Part shown: positions 53,479 to 63,617 of the stretch, piece after piece | Position numbering within the stretch: the first letter of the stretch is position 1 | How the letters are laid out: every line of letters begins with the position of its first letter | Assembly: GCA_965197475.1 (NCBI GenBank) | Contig: CBDANF010000002.1 | Location: forward strand, 288,001-352,000 | DNA from: Candidatus Poribacteria bacterium | Lineage (GTDB): Bacteria; Poribacteria; WGA-4E; WGA-3G | Direction: 5' to 3' | Length of the DNA stretch: 64,000 bases | Translations under genes and position numbers: made by a program | Notes under the pieces: generated by a model | The model's input: the letters and a program-made list of their open reading frames with translations, nothing else | Told to the model about the DNA's origin: nothing | Database searches by the model: none

Positions 53479-54600
53479 TTATTGTGAATTGTCTATAGGC
53501 TCCAATTTTTTAGGGTTGTAAAATGAACGACCTTTTCGCTGTATAAATACCCCGTCTTGTGCTGTCGTAAGATGTGTATAGACTCCACCCCCCAACTGAC
53601 CGTATGAGTCTATTACAGATATGCTCTGATAGACTGCGACCGCTTTCTCCCATTCCCCAAGTGTCTCATAACAGGAGGCTAATCCAGCCTTTGATAATGA
53701 TTCGTGACGACTATCAAGTTGTATCGCTTTTTGGTAATGTGGGATGGCTAACTCAGGAGAATCCAGCTTTCTGTGGTATATATAACCAAGGATTGAATGG
53801 GAATTGGCATCGTTAGGGAACTTTGCTAACAACTTTTCATACGCATTTTTTTTATCTTCTATAGGTTCCCACGGAACGCAGCCTGTCCAAATAGACATCG
53901 CCTCTACAGAGTTTGGGTTTTCGCGCACGGCACGTTCAGCGTATTCAAGTCCGATGGTATGTGCAACACTTGCAGTCTCTTTGCTCAGATACTTTGCCGC
54001 TGTGAACGTATTTATACCCTCAAGCTTTATCTCATACTTTTTACGTATTCGCTCTTCTATTGAGAGATCGTAGGTATGTGAGATTGCTGCCATTCTCTTC
54101 TCTTGTTCTTTTGTAGTATAGAAAACCTTACCTTTGAATTCATACTGAGTGTCACCACCATCCGCGAAGGTGGCGAGTATCGGTTTTCCTTTCTGACTCT
54201 CACGCAGTATCTTTATATCTCTTCTAAACGGGTTTCCCCCTGGAGCAAATCTGGGGTCTTGAAAGTTGTGATTCGGGACACAAAATCCAGGTGTCCATAG
54301 CTGATCAGGGTTCTCGATCGCCTGTTTTTTACGAGCAAGCACTTCTGGGTCGCCACGGTTGGCTGCCACATCTGCTTTGAATTGTTCAATAAGATTCTCA
54401 AAACTCGGTTCGGGGAAAGGATCCAGTTTTGCCTGTTTGCGCGTGTTCGCTGCGACTGGTCCGTATTTAGATTGTTCGTTGTGATCGTCTGTCGGTTCAA
54501 TCCCTTTGAGGGCGTTTTTTTGTGCACATCCAGCGCATCCGCTTAATAGGATTATCACTGTAAGAAACACAGTTGTGAGGGTTTCTATGCGAAATAACAT
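53479..54600 (-). CDS. TPR lipoprotein (cassette L5)
   Basis: MLFRIETL...LLSGCAGC; GPVAAN..PSFE.LIEQFKADV shared with L1/L2. Confidence 0.8.
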   Translation of the reverse strand: MLFRIETLTTVFLTVIILLSGCAGCAQKNALKGIEPTDDHNEQSKYGPVAANTRKQAKLDPFPEPSFENLIEQFKADVAANRGDPEVLARKKQAIENPDQLWTPGFCVPNHNFQDPRFAPGGNPFRRDIKILRESQKGKPILATFADGGDTQYEFKGKVFYTTKEQEKRMAAISHTYDLSIEERIRKKYEIKLEGINTFTAAKYLSKETASVAHTIGLEYAERAVRENPNSVEAMSIWTGCVPWEPIEDKKNAYEKLLAKFPNDANSHSILGYIYHRKLDSPELAIPHYQKAIQLDSRHESLSKAGLASCYETLGEWEKAVAVYQSISVIDSYGQLGGGVYTHLTTAQDGVFIQRKGRSFYNPKKLEPIDNSQ

Positions 54601-54641
54601 TTTGATTCTCCTTTTTGCCTGGCTTGCTGAGTCTCAACAAT

Positions 54642-54724
54642 TTATGTAACAAGGTTAGCGACCGTATAGTTCGGTGCTTCCTCCGTAATATCAATATCGT
54701 GCGGATGGCTTTCTCGGTAACCAC
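54642..54724 (-). pseudogene. guaB: guaB 3'-end fragment copy (83 bp)
   Basis: Same junction as 48924-49006; preceded by a duplicate protease stub at 54725-54834. Confidence 0.85.
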
Positions 54725-54830
54725 CCATTATACGCATCCAAATTCGCTGACTTTATAGAAACACTCGGTGGACCATCCGCAGCGGACGGATTCAGCACAC
54801 TAAACAATGTCAAAACAGAAATGCGATATT

Positions 54831-55949
54831 TCATTTGTCATATCCTTCTTGTATTAATTCTATAAGTGAATACCCTTTTCGTTGCTTCCGAATCTTATCT
54901 TTTGCTATATCCAACTCACTATCCAACTTATATATCCGCAATGGACTTGGTTGGAAAAAATAATCCATTCCCTGATAGGCAGCAACGGCTTTCTCCCATT
55001 CCCCAAGTGTGAAATAGCATATCGCTAACAAGTCATTCGTTTTGGCAATACGACTGTCTAACTGACAAGATTTTTGCATATGAACCAGTGCAGCCTCCGG
55101 GTCATCTTTCTCGTAGTAATAGTGCCACGCGATTAGCTCGTGAGCAAACGCATCGTTGGGGAACTTTGAAAGCAGCTGTTGGTATGCCTCAATCTTTTGA
55201 TCTTCAGGATGGCATTTGACCCAAATACGCATCGCTTCAACAGAGTTCGGATGCTCACGCATCGCACGCTCCGCATATTCAATGCCGATAATTTTTGTGC
55301 TGGGATGATCAGGATCATTGAATTGACTCAAATATTTTGCTGCTGTGAGTGTGTCTATTCCTTCAAATGTAATCACATACTGTTCTCGGTAATAGTCAAC
55401 ATCCGCTCTTGAGTTCGGATTCGCATTATGCCAGTTTTGGCGCGCAGCATCCTTCCTTTCCTTTTGCTCTTTTGTGATGTAGATAACTTTGCCCGCAAAA
55501 GGATACACTTCTTTGTCATGATCATAGACCCCGCGTATAGGTTTTCCTTTTTCAGAATAAGAGCGGACTTTTATCTTATCGCGTGTTGGATTGTAGCCCG
55601 GCAGTCTTGGGATTTCATCGGAATTTAGTGTGGGGGGCACCTCAAATCCGATGCCATCCCACAGTATATCGGGGTTGGCAATTGCTTTTCTTTTGCGTTT
55701 GAGCATCTCTGGGTCCCCCTTATTTTCAGTGACATCTGCTTTGAACTGTTCTATCAGTCTCTCAAAACTCGGTTCAACAATGGTTAGTTTTACGGGCTTT
55801 CGGCTATTCGCCGCGACGGGTCCGTGTTCTGCTTGGTTATACGGATCTGCGTGTTCGGGCACAGTTTCCACGTCACAGCCACTGTAGCCTGCAAGCAGGA
55901 TAACGGTTAGCATCAGTCCGGTTGTGAGGGTATCAATACGAAATTTCAT
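54831..55949 (-). CDS. TPR lipoprotein (cassette L6), mosaic of L1 and L2
   Basis: N-terminus identical to L1, most of the body identical to L2, unique middle patch. Confidence 0.8.
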   Translation of the reverse strand: MKFRIDTLTTGLMLTVILLAGYSGCDVETVPEHADPYNQAEHGPVAANSRKPVKLTIVEPSFERLIEQFKADVTENKGDPEMLKRKRKAIANPDILWDGIGFEVPPTLNSDEIPRLPGYNPTRDKIKVRSYSEKGKPIRGVYDHDKEVYPFAGKVIYITKEQKERKDAARQNWHNANPNSRADVDYYREQYVITFEGIDTLTAAKYLSQFNDPDHPSTKIIGIEYAERAMREHPNSVEAMRIWVKCHPEDQKIEAYQQLLSKFPNDAFAHELIAWHYYYEKDDPEAALVHMQKSCQLDSRIAKTNDLLAICYFTLGEWEKAVAAYQGMDYFFQPSPLRIYKLDSELDIAKDKIRKQRKGYSLIELIQEGYDK

Positions 55950-55989
55950 CAGTTTTCTCCTTTTGCTTGACTTGCTGAGTCTCAACAAT

Positions 55990-56487
55990 TTATGTGTTCA
56001 GGTTAGCGACCGTATAGTTCGGTGCTTCCTCCGTAATATCAATATCGTGCGAATGGCTTTCTCGGTAACCACTGCTTGACATGCGGACAAATTGGACATC
56101 TCTGCGTAATGTCTGTCTCGAACCGCTTCGGTTATCTTCTTCTCGGAAAAAGAGATCTACTGATCTACCGGTGTCATCGTCCCCGTTAGCATTCATGCAG
56201 ATGCCAGGCCACTCAGAAGAATCAAGAGTAAACGTATACGTCACAGAATCAATTCGGACAGATTGTCCTGTTTTAGTTTCCCCCTTAAGTGTTGCCACAA
56301 ACTCTGCGTTTGTCTTATATTCAGGTCGCCAATCTGCCCATGTTGTTGGAGACGCCGGTTCAAGGTTCAGCTCGAATGTCGGCGTATTGGCATTTCCGTT
56401 TGCCTCTGCCGAGCCAACAGGTAAGTAAAACGGTAAACAAATAACCAATGTTAACAGTATCAATGAAATAATAACATTCTTTCGCAT
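55990..56487 (-). pseudogene. Chimeric ORF: protease-family 5' stub fused in frame to the guaB 3' fragment (55990-56109)
   Basis: MRKNVII...ADWRPE...WPGICMN..DLFF..RQT|LRRDVQFVRMSSSGYRESH. Confidence 0.85.
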
Positions 56488-56521
56488 AATATTCTCCTTA
56501 ATTGATGTCATCAACTTCTCT

Positions 56522-57529
56522 CTAACGCCGCAGTGGTGTCGGCAGATGGGGACCGAGGATCGGTAGTCCAGCCTTTCTTATCTTTTCACGCACGTCCTCA
56601 CCTTTGCCCCCACTGTTCACAACATCTTCCGCTGTAAGGAACAACGAACTGATCGCACCGATGATGTAAGAAGGTTGTGAGGTTGCCACCGCATATTGAT
56701 GTGAACGCCGGAACGATGCTAATGCCTTTTGGTAATCGCCCATTTGATAATAACACATCCCCTCAAGTCCTAATGGAAGATAACGCGGGTCTAATTCTTG
56801 TGCTTTTTGTGCATAACCGAGTGCCTCTTGCGGATTCGTTCCTAAAATACATTTAGCAAGTCTATGCAGGACCCACGGATGGTTTGGATTCATTTCATAC
56901 AAACGACGGGTCGCTGCCGTTTTTTCTTCACCATAAGGGTTTGCCAAATTTCCACCTGCGAGCACCCACAGCAGCAAGGTATCAAAATCATCAGGATTTT
57001 CGGCATACGCAAGGTTTATTAAATTGCTCACTCTGTGATCAATCGATCCACTTAGTTCAATGTCCAGCTGCGCGGATGCGACAAGACCATATTCCCGAAA
57101 ATATTGAAGGGCTATTTCATCAGACTCTTTAGCAGTTATCGTCTTTTGTCTTCCGGCTTTAAGCAATTTTCTTGATATTTCCACGCGATTTATCCACCAC
57201 TCAATAGGAACAACGATTGGGTCCCATGGCAAAGGAATGCCAGCTTCATTTTTACGCGATATCTCAATGTATTCAATACCTTTTAGGGACTTAAGGTAAT
57301 CCAAATCACTGAAGTTCTTTGGAGATAATTTTGCGGTTTTTCCGCGTGGTTTGGGTTTTGTCCCATTTTGCTTTACTCCGGATAACTTAGGCACCCTATC
57401 TGGTGTTGATTGATTCGGTGGTGTGATAGGTGTATCGGGATCCGTTTTTTGTCCGCAACCAGAGCAACCACCGAGTAGTATTACCACTATCAAAAGTAAA
57501 ATTGCGAGGTTTTCAATACGAAGTTTCAT
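56522..57529 (-). CDS. TPR lipoprotein (cassette L7)
   Basis: MKLRIENL...LLGGCSGC; ENPDDFDTLLLW, TPRs. Confidence 0.8.
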   Translation of the reverse strand: MKLRIENLAILLLIVVILLGGCSGCGQKTDPDTPITPPNQSTPDRVPKLSGVKQNGTKPKPRGKTAKLSPKNFSDLDYLKSLKGIEYIEISRKNEAGIPLPWDPIVVPIEWWINRVEISRKLLKAGRQKTITAKESDEIALQYFREYGLVASAQLDIELSGSIDHRVSNLINLAYAENPDDFDTLLLWVLAGGNLANPYGEEKTAATRRLYEMNPNHPWVLHRLAKCILGTNPQEALGYAQKAQELDPRYLPLGLEGMCYYQMGDYQKALASFRRSHQYAVATSQPSYIIGAISSLFLTAEDVVNSGGKGEDVREKIRKAGLPILGPHLPTPLRR

Positions 57530-57568
57530 TGTTTTCTCCCTTGGCTTGACTTACTGAGTCTCAACAAT

Positions 57569-57796
57569 TTATGTGTTCAGGTTAGCGACCGTATAGTTCG
57601 GTGCTTCCTCCGTAATATCAATGTCGTGGGGATGGCTTTCTCGGTAACCGCTGCTTGACATACGGACAAATTGGACATCTCTGCGTAACGACTCAATATC
57701 TGGTGTGCCGCAATATCCCATAGCGGAACGAATCCCACCTACTAACTGATAGACAAAATTGCTCAGTTTGCCTTTATGAGGCACTCGACCTTCAAT
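57569..57796 (-). pseudogene. guaB: guaB 3'-end fragment copy (228 bp)
   Basis: Near-identical to 50263-50490. Confidence 0.92.
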
Positions 57797-57932
57797 AACA
57801 CGCCATCACCTATTTTAGCACCAATACGCACAGTGTGCAAGCGTTTTGACGTGTGTTCAAGGATAAATGCTTTTGTGTCTGCAGCATCCGCAGCGACAGA
57901 ATTTTGTTTGTGTTTTTCATTTGTATTTTACA

Positions 57933-58063
57933 CTTCTCGGATCTTCGGGGTACTGAACTGTTAATTTCTTCTTAGGGATGTGTTTTAACGTTGTGAACAT
58001 CCCCTTAATCAACGCTGGGATATAGAGTCTATCCCAAAATGACATCTCTTCGTTAACTCTCAT
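57933..58063 (-). pseudogene. nuoI: nuoI 5' fragment (about 43 codons)
   Basis: Copy of 43973-44103 ending at ...QYPEDPR. Confidence 0.88.
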
Positions 58064-58216
58064 AAACGGAATTCCTTTCTGATTATAACTTTCACAAAAT
58101 TAATTCTTTCCTACACGTTCTCTCGTGTTTGCGCGATACGCGCGGTATCACCTGCCAACGCAGGTATTAGTAGACACACGATTTTCAATCGATTTTACAT
58201 AAAACTTCAGTAGTCG

Positions 58217-59479
58217 TTATTCTTTTGCTGTTGCTGTCGCTATGTTTGAAGCTCCACCTTCGCCCTCACTATTCACAGCTCGCACTTGGAAGCCATAAAG
58301 TTCACCGCCTGTACGTTCGGTTACCGTTACAAAAGTATATGTTCCGACTGTAGAGAACCACGATGTCCAAGCACTCCATCCCGAACTATAGTATCTCCGA
58401 AACCGCGCCTCATAACCGGTAATCGCAGTGCCCCCATCATCGCTTGGCGCATCCCAAGACAGATATACCGCGCCGACTATTGTACTATGTGTTGAAGCTC
58501 TGAGATTAGTCGGCGCACCCGGCACAGTCGTAGATGATTGTGGCGTGACAGTGACTTTAGACGATTCTGGACCTGACCCAGAACTATTCACTGCACGCAC
58601 TTTAAACGCATAAACCGTGCCATTCGTTAAGCCCGTTAGCGGAACGGACGTGCTGCTACCGTTGTCCGTGGATGCCCAAGATCTCCAAGAACCATCGTCA
58701 TCGGTATCTCTGCGATATTCGTAACCTGTAATCGCACCTCCACCATCTGAGGATGGCGTATCCCAAGATAACGTGACCTGTCCATCACCTGCGGTTGCCT
58801 GTAGATTCTGAGGCGCACCTGGTGTTGATATTAATGGTAATTGCGGTGTGCCGGTGGCAATATCTGATTCTGAACCTGCTGCACCCACGCTATTCACCGC
58901 ACGCACACGGAACTCATATAGGGTGTCATTCGTGAGACCCGTTACGGTTTCCGATAAATCTATCCCCGCGGATGTCCATGAACCGAAATCGCCGCTGCTC
59001 CCTTCGCGATAACTGTATTCGTAATCGGTAATTATTAAACCCCCATTTGAATTGGGAGCATCCCAGTAAAGTGACACTTCACCATCACCCGCGGTTGCGT
59101 TTAGATTTTGCGGCGCACTCGGTATAGTGGCTGGCGTTGCATAAGCTGTCCTTGATTCGGTACTTTCACCCGCGCTATTCACAGCTCGTATCCGGAACTT
59201 GTATCCCGTGCCGTTGGTCAATCCAAAAACCGAATTAAGAGTGTTGGTATTACCCCACGATGTCCATGATGAACCGAAACTTTGAGAGGTGCGGCTATAT
59301 TGGTATTCGTAATCGCTAATATCCGCACCGCCATCATCGCTTGGTGCTGTCCAAGATAGACTGACCCACCCATTGTAACCGTAGCCACTCAAACTTGTGG
59401 GGGCACTAGGCACCGTCGCAGGCGTTGATTCTAAAGACTCGGTAGCGGCACTTGCACTCTCACCATTCATCGCTTTCAC
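58217..59479 (-). CDS. FN3 repeat tail, identical to 44257-45519
   Basis: Identical 420-aa translation. Confidence 0.9.
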   Translation of the reverse strand: MKAMNGESASAATESLESTPATVPSAPTSLSGYGYNGWVSLSWTAPSDDGGADISDYEYQYSRTSQSFGSSWTSWGNTNTLNSVFGLTNGTGYKFRIRAVNSAGESTESRTAYATPATIPSAPQNLNATAGDGEVSLYWDAPNSNGGLIITDYEYSYREGSSGDFGSWTSAGIDLSETVTGLTNDTLYEFRVRAVNSVGAAGSESDIATGTPQLPLISTPGAPQNLQATAGDGQVTLSWDTPSSDGGGAITGYEYRRDTDDDGSWRSWASTDNGSSTSVPLTGLTNGTVYAFKVRAVNSSGSGPESSKVTVTPQSSTTVPGAPTNLRASTHSTIVGAVYLSWDAPSDDGGTAITGYEARFRRYYSSGWSAWTSWFSTVGTYTFVTVTERTGGELYGFQVRAVNSEGEGGASNIATATAKE

Positions 59480-59504
59480 CTGGAACTTAAAGTCGTCCCG
59501 TTCG

Positions 59505-61385
59505 TTAACCCCAAAACATCAAAAAATGTGTTCGACCCCGCGGGTATCCAAAGACTCCATATTGAAAATGGCACATCCACGCGATACCGGTATTTGTAAC
59601 CGGTAGTCGTACCACCGCCAGCAGTCCAGGAAAGACGGACTTGACCATCCCCATAAGACGCACTAAAATTTGTCGGTGTATCTGGTGGCGCGGTGTCTGT
59701 GCCTGACCATCAGTCCCAGTGCCATTGTCGTTATCTTCATCGTTGTCTAGTTCCCATTGTGGCTTGGTTTTACGGGGCGGATCCAGCAACGGCTTGGCAA
59801 GATGTGCTGCACGAACATCGGGGGCAACGAATTGGTATTCACTGTTATGGAAGTCGGGGTACTCTTTGCTCCCTTCGTAACCGGACATGTAGGAAGAGGC
59901 AGCCGCGTTATATCCCTTATTAGAATACTCGCCAACGACGTGAGGATCACCGTAATCCATTATGGTTTCACCAGGTCTATTAAAAAGGAACGTTCCCAAC
60001 GCACCACCAACTCTATCTGTTAACCAAGGATGATACAAGTTGATACCGTGTCCAAGTTCATGACCAATATAACGTTTTATCATTTCAGAGGTGGTTGGTA
60101 ATGCCTTATTCGGTTCATGTTCTTCCATCTCCGCAACAGCAGCTTTATTTCGTTCTTTGATGTATTCATGAAAAATGTAGACATATAACACCTGATGACA
60201 TGGACCGACAACCGGTTCAATAATACCATATATTCCAACATAATCTGTCCCGTTTGAGTGTGTGTAACTACCGTTTGCGTTCTCATGCTTTCTGACCCAG
60301 AGGTCGCGCTGTTTTACGACTTGTAAGGCGTTACCGCAACTTCGAGAATTCATAACACATGGATCCCCTTGAACGTCTATCACGGGATTCCCTTGAGCGT
60401 CCATCACATCATTCCCTTGAGCGTCTTTCTTTATGGGATCATTCATTTCCGCAAACAGGATTTGGTGAGTTGTTATGATATCATCAGGTAGGTTACTTGC
60501 ATAACCGATGCCCTCATCAAACTCGGAATGGATAAAGAGGTCTTTCTTCCTTGAATCCGTGCGGATATGCTCGCCTTGGACGATGAAACCACGATATTCT
60601 TCAAGCACGGTGAAACCATCACCGCGGAAAGTATTGTTGCCGGGACCGGTTTCTTCATCTGCCCACGGGTCATAATCGTGTATCGCGTCGTCTTGCCACC
60701 CATCGGCGATGTCGTTGCCATTATTGTCTTTGGGAATCGAAAGACTGTCGTTTGCTGAGGTGTTATTGCTTGGGGTGCCATCTTCCTCTTCGCCTTCTGC
60801 ATCTTCCTTATCGTTGAGGCTTACAAAACCATCAAGTATGCCGTGTCCACCATAGTCATCAACGTAAAGATATATGGAAATACCTGTATGAGGTGTTTTG
60901 CAGGTAACCGTCAGGATCGGCCCATTCGTCCCGCTAACCCGATACTTTAATTGATCAGTGTCTGCGGGTTGGTCTGTTTGACGAAAGTAAATATCCTTTT
61001 GAGAGTCGGACTGATCGCCTTTATTCATGCAGAAACCTGGGTAATCGGAAACATTATTTCGCAGCGTAAAAGTGTAGGAAGTTGATGTGATGGCATCAGT
61101 CTCCTCTGAACCCGCAATGATATAGGCAGAAATAGTAAGGACTGTTTTCTGGGCCGGTCTCCAGTCCTCCCACGTAATATTTTCAAATTCACCATCGGAT
61201 TCCTTAGCCGCAGTGGGGTGAAGTTTTAGTTTGTAAGTGTCATCACCATTTGCTGCACAAGGCTGCTGAGAAATGACTAAACTGATAACGACGATAGGTA
61301 ACAAAGTCAAGATAAGATATTGAGGGTATTGGTTAAATAATGATGCAAGAATTAGCGGGATACCCTCTGAACCGCGCTGCATCAT
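59505..61385 (-). pseudogene. Secreted metalloprotease-like protein (variant 2), out of frame with its FN3 tail at about 59700
   Basis: WRPA, FCMNKG, DIYF, PKDNNGNDIADGWQ, GDGF..EEYRGF, HELGHGINLYH, TIMDY. Confidence 0.72.
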
Positions 61386-61396
61386 ATTTCAGTTGC

Positions 61397-63616
61397 GGTA
61401 ATGATAACACTTACTGATATTTCTCAGAATAGTCTTGAACCTAATAATAATCAATAGAAACAAGGTATAGCACCATGAAAATGCGTTTTTGCTGTGTCCA
61501 TTTTCCTTGACTTTTATAGCATGAGATAGCATCCTAATTACAGATTTGAATATAAACAAACATTAGGAGGATATCTCATGCTAACTCAGCTTATCAAATC
61601 TACCACTTTTTTTCAAGAACTTCTATCTTCACAGTTTCGGACCTTGAAACAGCATTTTGTTCATACCTTAGTGTTTTTGTCAACCTGCCATCTGTTTGGG
61701 CTCACTAACCCGGATCAAGTGGCGGATGCGTTGTCTATTCCGAAAACGAGGCTATATCGGGAACTGAACACGATGAGTCTTTATCTCTGGCAGCATCTTT
61801 TTGTGCGTATCGGGTGTTCTATTGCGTTAGAGGTGCTACAGGAGGCAGTATCAAAAAGTGCTGCTTCTCTATCGCGTCTGTGTATCGTCATCAGTGTGGA
61901 TGATACCTTTGTTTTCCGCTATGGAGAGGGTCTCGCCTACACATCCAATTGGTGGTCTTCTCAAGCAAAACAGCCGATGAAGGGGCAAAATATATTGGGG
62001 ATCGTTCTAAAGATTGGAAAACGGATCATTCCCCTGAATATGCGACTGATCAGCAAACAAGGCCGCGGGAATACGGATAAACCCTCTTGTGTCATCACTA
62101 TGTTCAAGGAAGTGGTGTCCTTCTTTGAAGAGACCGGAATAGATATTCGAAACTATCCGGTCACCTTTGATTCGTGGTATGGTAGCCGCCACTTGATTGA
62201 CACCTTGCGAGAAATGGGATTTGAAACGATCCTTGTGCACGGAAAAAGCAACTATGTGATGACGATTGATGAAAAAAGGGCGAAACTCTCGGAACATAAA
62301 AAGTCGATCCAACTCCTTTCCAATCAATGGGGGTGCGATAAACCGGTCTATCGGACTAAAGCCACAAGTCCAACTTTTGGAAAAGTAGTGGTGTTGTTCT
62401 TGGCAGACCGTGGCAAAGTCCGAACAATGCTCGTATTCGGGAAACCGCTGCGTGCGTGTGAAATCCTACGGATATGGTCTCAACACCACGGTATAGAACA
62501 GTATTGGCGGTATCTAAAAACAGACCTAAACCTTGCATCCATGAGCCTAAAAGGACGGAATGGCGCGTATGTGAACTTAGGTGTGAAAGTGATGAGCTAC
62601 CTTTTGATACAGCAGGTCAGTCGCTCCGTGCGAAAAACCTTTCATCAAGGACAACTTGAACTTTCAGGACAGAGGCAGATGCTGTCTGATCTCAGCGAGC
62701 ATTTTCATGAACAAATACCAAGAAAACATTGATAAACATTGACATATGAAGAATTTTGATAAATATCAGACTTATAACGAGAGTTGTCAATGAAAAAATC
62801 AGACTGATTTTCATTGACTTATATGCCTAAAACCTGTATCCTCATTGAAACAACTCATTTCTACTCACAGGAGGATACCATGAAAGCGTGTCCAAGATGT
62901 CAACATATTCACTTCGTCAAAAACGGGTTCGTCAACGCAAAACAACGCTATAAATGTCCAAGTTGCCACTATCAATTCACACGCAAAACACCACGAGGTA
63001 AACCCCAGACACATAAAACCCTCGCTCTGCTCTTGGACTGCCACGGTATTTCAATGAATGCTATCTCAAAACTCTTCAACATTCATGTAACAACTGTTCT
63101 CAAATGGGGACGCTCCTATGCGAAAAAACACGCCCCGAAACGGACATTTTCACCCGGATCCACCGTAGTTTTGGAGCTTGATGAAATGTGGCATTATATC
63201 GGAAAGAAGAAAAACAAACTTTGGATATGGAAAGCACTTGACAGGAACACAGGATACCTCATAGATTGGCAATGCGGCGGACGCAACACAGAAACCCTTG
63301 AAAAACTGACGCATCGCCTCAAAGCCTTGAATGTCAAAATGTCCTACACCGACAAGTGGCAGGTGGACGAATCCATCCTACCTGCTTCAAAACATGTTCA
63401 AACGAAAGCGGAGACACATCGCATTGAACGCAACAATTGCTTGATGCGGCACTGGTTCGGCCGGTTCAAACGTCCGTCCATTATTGTTTCAAAAAGTGTG
63501 GAGATGGTGAACCTAACGATTGCCTTGTTCGCACGATTTCGTGTTAATGGAGACGTGTTTGACATTTTAAAACTTGGCGGAATGGAAACCATGAATATCA
63601 TTAGTTAGGCAATACC
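61397..63616 (+). mobile_element. IS1 family element (transposase about 62880-63608) interrupted in its left end by the IS701-like element
   Basis: CPRC..KNG....QRYKCPSC zinc finger, ELDEMW, TDKW, IERNN; ends GGTAATG... and ...CAATACC. Confidence 0.8.
61414..62769 (+). mobile_element. IS4-superfamily (IS701-like) element with intact transposase (61578-62732)
   Basis: IRs CTGATATTTCTCAGAAT / ATTTTGATAAATATCAG; 5-bp direct repeat ACTTA; VDDT, FDSWY, HGIEQYWRYLK. Confidence 0.9.
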
Positions 63617-63617
63617 C

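Larger units (their letters stand above)
57933..59700. repeat. 1.77-kb direct duplication, copy 2
   Basis: Matches 43973-45740. Confidence 0.95.

Noticed and set aside
47732-57529. Diversity-generating retroelement acting on the lipoproteins
   Set aside because: No reverse transcriptase in the window; differences are blockwise and not obviously adenine-restricted
48884-57796. Recurrent repeat read as a CRISPR array or integron attC sites
   Set aside because: The repeats are protein-coding guaB tails of variable length separated by >1-kb genes; no cas genes, integron integrase or attC palindromes are present
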